From Patescibacteria group bacterium (lineage in GTDB: Bacteria; Patescibacteriota; Minisyncoccia; UBA6257; 2-01-FULL-56-20): 64,000 bases of DNA. Position 1 is the stretch's first letter. Each line of letters begins with the position of its first letter. A model generated the notes under the pieces. It searched no databases, was not told where the DNA came from, and was given only the letters and a program-made list of their open reading frames with translations. Both the position numbers and the translations under genes were made by a program. Below are positions 58,240 through 64,000 of this stretch, one piece after another. The stretch covers positions 572 through 64,571 of the forward strand of contig JBBTUL010000012.1 in assembly GCA_038063755.1 (NCBI GenBank). The letters are read 5' to 3'.

Positions 58240-58289
58240 CTTCTGGATTTCCTGTGTGTTAAGATAAGGCTATAAGGAATTTTGAAAGA

Positions 58290-60110
58290 ATGAACGAAAG
58301 AAAAGCAGGAAAAATAACGATTTCAGTTGTGCTTGTCAGCGCAATTATATTCGTTTCGGCAATGGCCATTCGGTTTTCTCCGTTCGTTCCGGTTCATTTA
58401 AGTAGCGTAAATGCGGATACCGCAACAACGAGCGTGACGGTAGTAAACACTCCGCCGAATTGGAGCGTGGATGCGCAGGAATATGTTGTGTCATCGACGA
58501 GTACGCCGACAAATGCAAGCTCCACGGTAACCTGGGTCGGTACGGCCATCGACGACAACAGCGAAAACTATTATTTATTGCTTTGCAAGACGACCTCAAC
58601 CCCAACCGCAAACGCGAGCGCCGCGCCTACTTGTGCCGGCGGGGCATCGAATCAATGGGGAGTCTCTCCTTCAACAATAAGTAGCATTCAGGCTACCACC
58701 ACCTATATTGCCAAGGTGACAGATGTTGAGGCAAACGACTGGTATGCCTGGATATGTGATGGAAACCCCGCAAATCCCCGTTGTAATACCACATACAAAA
58801 CAGGAACCGGCAATACCGCCTCCCCCTTTGTGGTGAACCATCGGCCGGCATTTACCTCTTTTGTTGACGATTCGCCCAAAAACCCAGGCGACACGGTTAC
58901 TTGGACTTCAGTATCAAGCGATGCCGATGTTTATGGCGGACAAGATCTAGTAACGCTCTATGTGTGCAAGGCAAGTGATTTTAATGGAACAGCATGTGGT
59001 GCAGGCGGAACATATTGCACTTCGAGTGCAACATCTTCCAATCCAACCTGCAACTTCGCGCTTGAAAATCCGAAGCAAGACACGAACTACTCCGCGTATG
59101 GTTATGTAATCGATAACCATAATTTCGCGGCGCTGGGCGGATCACATGGATCCGATTCGTCGATTACTATTTCAAACGTTGCGCCAAGCATCGCGTCTTC
59201 GAGCATACAACTTCTTGACACCGATGAAGCAGGAGGGCTTACGCTTACGAGTCCTTCGGCACAAACTAGCGGTTTTAAAGTTAAGCTTACCGTGACAGAC
59301 AACAATAGCTGTCAAAACGCATCCGCAGGACAGGAGATCGCCTCAGCGCTTGTTAATGTGTATCGATCGGGTATTGGACAGGCAGGCTGTCAGACGAGTG
59401 GAAATTATAACGCAAATAATTGTTATGCGGGAGCAGTCAGTACTTCAACCTGGAATGTTTCCTGCACGCAAGATGGAGGATCGTGTTCTGGCGGATCTGA
59501 TTCAACGGCGACCTGGACGTGTACTTTCCCACTCTGGTTTCTCGCAGATCCGACCGACGGCTCTTCGCTTACCGACTCAACATGGTTTGCCGAAAACTGG
59601 CTTCCTTCAGTTCGTGTGACGGACGACAATACTGCAACGAGCACACTCACCGAAGCAAGCTCTGGAAACGAGGTGTTGAGCTTTATGGCGTATACGCTCA
59701 ATACTTCGCAAATCAGCTATGGCTCTCTTGAACCAGGACAGAGGAACGATCCCGTCTCTCAGACAACACTTTTTTCGGCTACCGGAAACGTTGGGCTTGA
59801 CCAAACGCTCTATGGAAACGATATGTGTACAACATATCCAAGCTGCAATCCTGTAAGCACCACATCAACCATTCCCAAGGGGAAACAGCACTATGCGACC
59901 TCAGGTCTTGCCTACGCCTCGGCCATAGCGCTTATAGTGGATCCGGGAGCAGAGCTTGAGCTAAATGTCCTAAAAACGACATCAACGAGCACTCCAGCAA
60001 ATGCAAACACCTTCTGGGGGATCGAAATTCCGTCAAGCATTACTCTCGCAGGAGACTATACCGGCCAAAACACGTTTATTGGGATAAAAGGGGAAGCGCA
60101 AAGCTGGTAG
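58290..60110 (+). CDS. Cys/Thr/Ser-rich secreted protein, putative major subunit B
   Basis: Signal peptide ending 'VNA'; Ig-like domains with Cys pairs; ends 'FWGIEIP..AGDYTGQNTFIG'. Confidence 0.8.
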   Translation: MNERKAGKITISVVLVSAIIFVSAMAIRFSPFVPVHLSSVNADTATTSVTVVNTPPNWSVDAQEYVVSSTSTPTNASSTVTWVGTAIDDNSENYYLLLCKTTSTPTANASAAPTCAGGASNQWGVSPSTISSIQATTTYIAKVTDVEANDWYAWICDGNPANPRCNTTYKTGTGNTASPFVVNHRPAFTSFVDDSPKNPGDTVTWTSVSSDADVYGGQDLVTLYVCKASDFNGTACGAGGTYCTSSATSSNPTCNFALENPKQDTNYSAYGYVIDNHNFAALGGSHGSDSSITISNVAPSIASSSIQLLDTDEAGGLTLTSPSAQTSGFKVKLTVTDNNSCQNASAGQEIASALVNVYRSGIGQAGCQTSGNYNANNCYAGAVSTSTWNVSCTQDGGSCSGGSDSTATWTCTFPLWFLADPTDGSSLTDSTWFAENWLPSVRVTDDNTATSTLTEASSGNEVLSFMAYTLNTSQISYGSLEPGQRNDPVSQTTLFSATGNVGLDQTLYGNDMCTTYPSCNPVSTTSTIPKGKQHYATSGLAYASAIALIVDPGAELELNVLKTTSTSTPANANTFWGIEIPSSITLAGDYTGQNTFIGIKGEAQSW

Positions 60111-60190
60111 TCTTCTTGAGCGAAGAAGATCTAGCGCTCAGGCGTGATTTTCGCGTATAATCAAGGATGTTCGGCTAGGAACATGTTTTT

Positions 60191-61138
60191 ATGACACGAA
60201 CGAAGATTGAATGTACCCGGATTATTTTTCTGTTTGTTTTCGGAGTTATTTTTGCAACGAACACCGCGCTTGCCGGTTTTGGAATTACTCCACCATACGT
60301 GAAGAACGACGGTCTTACCAAAAGCTCACACTACGAACAAAAAATAGTTTTAGTCCGCGGTGATCCCGTGGAAGATCTTCGCGCAAAAATTACCGTGAAC
60401 GTCCCCGGTGCGGACGAGTGGATATCTGTTGATCGCGGACTCGAATTCATGCTTCCCAAAGGAGAGCAGCAAACACCGATCGTTGTAAGCGTTGATGTCC
60501 CTAAAAAAGTAAAATTCGGAGAGTACAAAGGAAACATCCGTGTTGTCATTTCTCCGCTTGGCGGGCCGCAGGCAGGAACCGTTGGGGTCGTGCTCGGTGC
60601 GCAGATCGACGTTGTTTTGAATATTATCGACAAGCAAGTTGCAACATTCCGCGTATGGACCGTAAACATTTCCGATCTCGAAGAAGGAAGGAAAGTTGCA
60701 TGGATGGATTTCCCCGGGAAAATTCGTTTTACTATGCAGATCGAAAACTCCGGAAATGTTGCGATCGCGCCGAGCAGGGTTGAATTTGAAATCCGCGATA
60801 GCCAAGGAAACGTTATCGAAAAGACCCAAAATACTGGTTCAATAAAAAAGCTGCAGCCGTTTGAGGTCAAGCAGGTTATTGCCGAGCTCCCGACGTGGGT
60901 GAAGGCTGGAAACTATACTGTTGGGTACAAAATTTACAACAAAGAGGAGGTGGTCCATTCCGGCGATCTTTCGCTCAGCATCCTTCCGAGAGGTTCGCTT
61001 CCGGGTTATTTGGGATACGGAGTCCTAGGTCTTTCCGTTGGCGATCTCGGAGTTCTCATCCTCATAATAGGAGCGGCGCTTCTCACCCTTGGGGTGGGTA
61101 TCCGCTGGGTCATTCTCCATGTCCGAATTAGGCAATAA
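60191..61138 (+). CDS. DUF916/DUF3324-like membrane protein 4 (divergent)
   Basis: 'FGITPP', 'EWISV', 'GEYKGNI', 'ENSGNVAIAP', 'GNYTV' plus C-terminal TM. Confidence 0.65.
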   Translation: MTRTKIECTRIIFLFVFGVIFATNTALAGFGITPPYVKNDGLTKSSHYEQKIVLVRGDPVEDLRAKITVNVPGADEWISVDRGLEFMLPKGEQQTPIVVSVDVPKKVKFGEYKGNIRVVISPLGGPQAGTVGVVLGAQIDVVLNIIDKQVATFRVWTVNISDLEEGRKVAWMDFPGKIRFTMQIENSGNVAIAPSRVEFEIRDSQGNVIEKTQNTGSIKKLQPFEVKQVIAELPTWVKAGNYTVGYKIYNKEEVVHSGDLSLSILPRGSLPGYLGYGVLGLSVGDLGVLILIIGAALLTLGVGIRWVILHVRIRQ

Positions 61139-62288
61139 ACGCCGAAAACAAAGGGTTCTCGAGCGGCCTTGTTTATGTATTCGAGTCGCTGTTTTAACCT
61201 TTACGGCCATTTTGCTTGCCGGAGTTCCGCCGACGAGCTTTGCGACGGATCCGATTGTTGCAACGACGACCGTGACGGTAAGTATTTGCGGAAATGGAGC
61301 TATTGAGTCCGGGGAGGCTTGCGACGACGGCATAAACCCAGGAGGGTATGCGACATCGACCGCGGGGCGAGAGTGTGCGCCTGGATGTACCTCGTTCGGC
61401 CCATATTGCGGCGATCAAGTTCTTCAAGTGCTCTATATGGAACAGTGCGATGACGGAAACAACACATCGGGAGACAGATGTTCGGATGTGTGTGTCATAG
61501 AGAATATTTCTGCGATGGGAGGATCGAGCGGGGGAGCGGGCCCTTTTCCTGGCGGATCGTTCAATCAACCCCAAGCGACAAAGGTGGTGATACAGGGCAA
61601 GGCATACCCCGATGCAAACGTGAGCATCTTGAAGGATGGAACCGCCATCGGAGTTGTTCGCGCAAATGCTCAGGCTGATTTCTACTTCGCCTCGCCGGAA
61701 ATATCCCCAGGAGTGACTACGTTCGGATTTTGGGCAGAAGACAACAAGGGACTTCGATCAATTGCTCTTACGACAACGCTTACGGTTACCGCGAACGCAA
61801 TAACTACCATTTCGGGAGCATTTCTTCCTCCGACAATAAACATCGACAAGCGGAGTGTTAAAAAAGGCGAGGTATTAAATATTTCCGGACAATCCGCTCC
61901 ACTCGTGAGCGTTGTGGCGCACGTAAACTCAGAAACAAAAATAACCGAGGAAGTAAAGACAAACACTCAAGGTGAGTGGAAGGTGCCATTCGACACGGCG
62001 CCGCTTTCCGAAGAAGAGTTTCATAGCGCGAAAGCACAATTCAGGACCGTAAGCGAAGGGAATATAATTTCGAGCGCATTTAGCCAAACACTAAGCTTCT
62101 ACGTTGGCGTTAAGGGGGAGGGGAGGGCGTTTGTTGCGGACTTAAACCAAGACAAGAAGGTAAATCTTGTCGACTTTTCGATCCTCCTGTTTTATTGGGG
62201 GACGGCAACGCCGCTTGCGGATTTAAACCAAGACAAGAAGGTAAATCTCACCGACGTGTCGATATTATTGTTTTACTGGACTGGATAA
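61119..62288 (+). CDS. Secreted adaptor B: Cys-rich (DUF4215-like) repeats, Ig-like domains, C-terminal dockerin
   Basis: 'CGNGAIESGEACDDG', 'EQCDDGNNTSGDRCS'; 'ADLNQDKKVNL.D.SILLFYW' twice; start codon uncertain. Confidence 0.8.
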   Translation: MSELGNKRRKQRVLERPCLCIRVAVLTFTAILLAGVPPTSFATDPIVATTTVTVSICGNGAIESGEACDDGINPGGYATSTAGRECAPGCTSFGPYCGDQVLQVLYMEQCDDGNNTSGDRCSDVCVIENISAMGGSSGGAGPFPGGSFNQPQATKVVIQGKAYPDANVSILKDGTAIGVVRANAQADFYFASPEISPGVTTFGFWAEDNKGLRSIALTTTLTVTANAITTISGAFLPPTINIDKRSVKKGEVLNISGQSAPLVSVVAHVNSETKITEEVKTNTQGEWKVPFDTAPLSEEEFHSAKAQFRTVSEGNIISSAFSQTLSFYVGVKGEGRAFVADLNQDKKVNLVDFSILLFYWGTATPLADLNQDKKVNLTDVSILLFYWTG

Positions 62289-62326
62289 GGACGAATTGAG
62301 CTTTTCTTCATATTTAATGTGTTAAT

Positions 62327-63307
62327 ATGAACAATATACTTATGAGAAGTTCATTCTACGGTCTTCTTGTCGGCTTCCTCGTCCTACTTGCGGCGTCTCC
62401 TGCCGCGTATGCAGCAAAGCTTTACCTTTCTCCTGCGGATGGAGTTTTTGCGCAAGGGGAAGCATTTAAGGTGCAGATTCGGGTTGATAACGAAAAAGAA
62501 TGCGTGAATGCGGCACAGGTAAATCTTTCATACGACAAATCATTGCTCGAGGTTCTCGATGTTTCTCGAGGCGATTCGATATTTACCTTGTGGGTGAGCG
62601 ACCCGTTTATCAATCCGAAGTTTGGAACCATATCTTTTTCCGGAGGGATCCCTGGCGGTTACTGTGGACGAGTTTCCGGTGATCCAAGTCTTACGAACAC
62701 GATCGCAACGGTGGTGCTTCGATTCGCTTCTTTGCCCGATGGAATAGGGGCTTCTCCGTCGGCAGCGGTTGGTTTTCTCGGGGGGACCGAAGTTTTGTTA
62801 AACGATGGACTAGGGACGCCGGCAAAGCTGTCTCTCGAGGGGGCATCATTTACAACAAAGAAGGGAGACGGCGCTTCTCGAAATCAGTGGATCGACGAAA
62901 TCAAGAAAGACAAAGTTCCGCCAGAACCATTTTCGGTAGAAGTACACCAAGACGAAGCGCTTTTCGGGGGAGGCCACTTTATAGTTTTCTCAACCCTTGA
63001 TAAGCAAAGCGGGATCGATCATTACGAAGTGATAGAGTCCGATGCCCAGGGGTTTGATCAGGGAGGGTTCAGAAAAGCAAAATGGCGCCGTGTTACCAGC
63101 CCCTATCTTTTGAAAGATCAGGAGGTGAGAAGTTTAATTAAAGTTCGGGCGCTTGATAAGGCTGGGAATGAAAGAATAGGAGAATTTGTTCCAGAAAACG
63201 TCCGTCAGGCACCATTCAAGACAAAATCATTCTTCTGGACGACAGCGGCCCTCGTGATAAGCGCACTTGCCGCGTTCTTCCGCATATTCATTTTAAAGAA
63301 GCTCTAA
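62327..63307 (+). CDS. Cohesin-domain protein B with Ig-like domain and C-terminal TM
   Basis: 'LSPADG', 'VNAAQVNLSYD', 'SIFTLW..P', 'FSGGIPGG', 'LLNDGLGT', 'SGIDHYE', 'VRALDKAGN'. Confidence 0.78.
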   Translation: MNNILMRSSFYGLLVGFLVLLAASPAAYAAKLYLSPADGVFAQGEAFKVQIRVDNEKECVNAAQVNLSYDKSLLEVLDVSRGDSIFTLWVSDPFINPKFGTISFSGGIPGGYCGRVSGDPSLTNTIATVVLRFASLPDGIGASPSAAVGFLGGTEVLLNDGLGTPAKLSLEGASFTTKKGDGASRNQWIDEIKKDKVPPEPFSVEVHQDEALFGGGHFIVFSTLDKQSGIDHYEVIESDAQGFDQGGFRKAKWRRVTSPYLLKDQEVRSLIKVRALDKAGNERIGEFVPENVRQAPFKTKSFFWTTAALVISALAAFFRIFILKKL

Positions 63308-63317
63308 CACTCTCCCC

Positions 63318-64000
63318 TTAGGCTTGCTTGCGTTCTCCAAGGTGAGTGTAGTACCACCGTTTTACCAACTCGGTTGTAATGAAGTAGGCAACAACGATTC
63401 CGATGGCCACGAGGAAGAGGTGGAGAGGAGGCTTTCCAAAAGAGAACAATACGCTGCCCCACGGCGAAAGGGGAAGAAGTATTGCAAGAATAGCCATGAA
63501 GCCGGTAAGGGCGAAAACGGTTACGCTTGGCATGGTTGAGCGGAAAAACCAGCGCGATGTTCGAATTGAGAAAAGAAGAGCGAGCTCGGTGAGTACGCTT
63601 CCCACGAACCAAAGCGCTTGTAGATTCGATTCTCCGTAACGGACGAATATGCCGAAAAACGAGAAATCGAAGAGCGTGCTTATGAGGCCAAGAGTGATTG
63701 CAAGAAAGGCGATTTCTTTAACGTTATATTTTTTTGGAGTAAGCAATTCTTCCTCGTCTACGTGGTCGGTTGATATGCTGAGCATTGGGAAGTCTGACAG
63801 GAGATTTAAAAGCAGTATTTGGACCGGAAGCATGGGGAGGTAGTCAACCACAAGAGACGCAAAAGCGAGCGCATAGAAGTTTCCGAAGTTGGAAGCGAGG
63901 GTCGCTTTGATGTAGGTGGTAGTATTTGCGAAAACACGACGTCCCTCTCTGATTCCGTCGATTATTACCTCAAGGCTTTTGTTGAGAAGGATAATGTCAG
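63318..64000 (-). CDS. P-type ATPase, MgtA-like Mg2+ transporter (C-terminal part; start lies beyond the window)
   Basis: 'DIILL', 'EGRRVFAN', 'ASNFGN', 'LPMLPVQILLLNLLSD', 'WFVGS', 'FSIRT'. Confidence 0.85.
   Translation of the reverse strand, partial: DIILLNKSLEVIIDGIREGRRVFANTTTYIKATLASNFGNFYALAFASLVVDYLPMLPVQILLLNLLSDFPMLSISTDHVDEEELLTPKKYNVKEIAFLAITLGLISTLFDFSFFGIFVRYGESNLQALWFVGSVLTELALLFSIRTSRWFFRSTMPSVTVFALTGFMAILAILLPLSPWGSVLFSFGKPPLHLFLVAIGIVVAYFITTELVKRWYYTHLGERKQA

Noticed and set aside
45885-63307. True cellulosome
   Set aside because: Single cohesins and no recognisable glycoside hydrolase domains on the dockerin proteins; a structural role fits better.
21-63843. Numerous 60-190 aa antisense or alternate-frame ORFs in the track
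   Set aside because: Shadows of well-supported genes, with no independent signals.
1-64000. CRISPR array, cas genes, integrase/transposase, reverse transcriptase (DGR/retron)
   Set aside because: No regularly spaced repeats and no recognisable motifs. The similarity between 37080 and 51463 is ordinary paralogy with synonymous changes, not adenine-specific TR/VR variation.

Overview
Replication-origin region of a small-genome bacterium. Gene content and style point to Patescibacteria/Parcubacteria (CPR); the genetic code is standard, with TGA used as stop. Positions 1-34.8 kb hold mostly housekeeping genes: jag-yidC-rnpA-rpmH / dnaA-oriC-dnaN, PBP1A, ruvABC, PilB, tsaE, a stand-alone 5'-3' exonuclease, a sensor kinase, holA, rpsT, murE, a beta-CASP RNase, UDG, a membrane-anchored Clp ATPase, PolX, Nudix, MGMT and infC-rpmI-rplT. 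These are interspersed with single-gene ORFan cassettes, tRNA-Arg(CCG) with an adjacent GIY-YIG element, and several unexplained structured intergenic elements. Positions 35.0-63.3 kb are a co-oriented ~28 kb cell-surface locus that appears to contain two parallel modules. Each has a beta-propeller putative adhesin, a Thr-rich putative major subunit ending in a WxL/Csu-like domain, DUF916/DUF3324-like chaperone-type membrane proteins, a dockerin adaptor and a membrane-anchored cohesin. The locus also carries a MacB-type ABC transporter, Hsp20 and a membrane-tethered HTH protein with tandem palindromic operators. This locus is the best candidate for an undescribed system. All family assignments come from motif recognition by eye; no searches were run.
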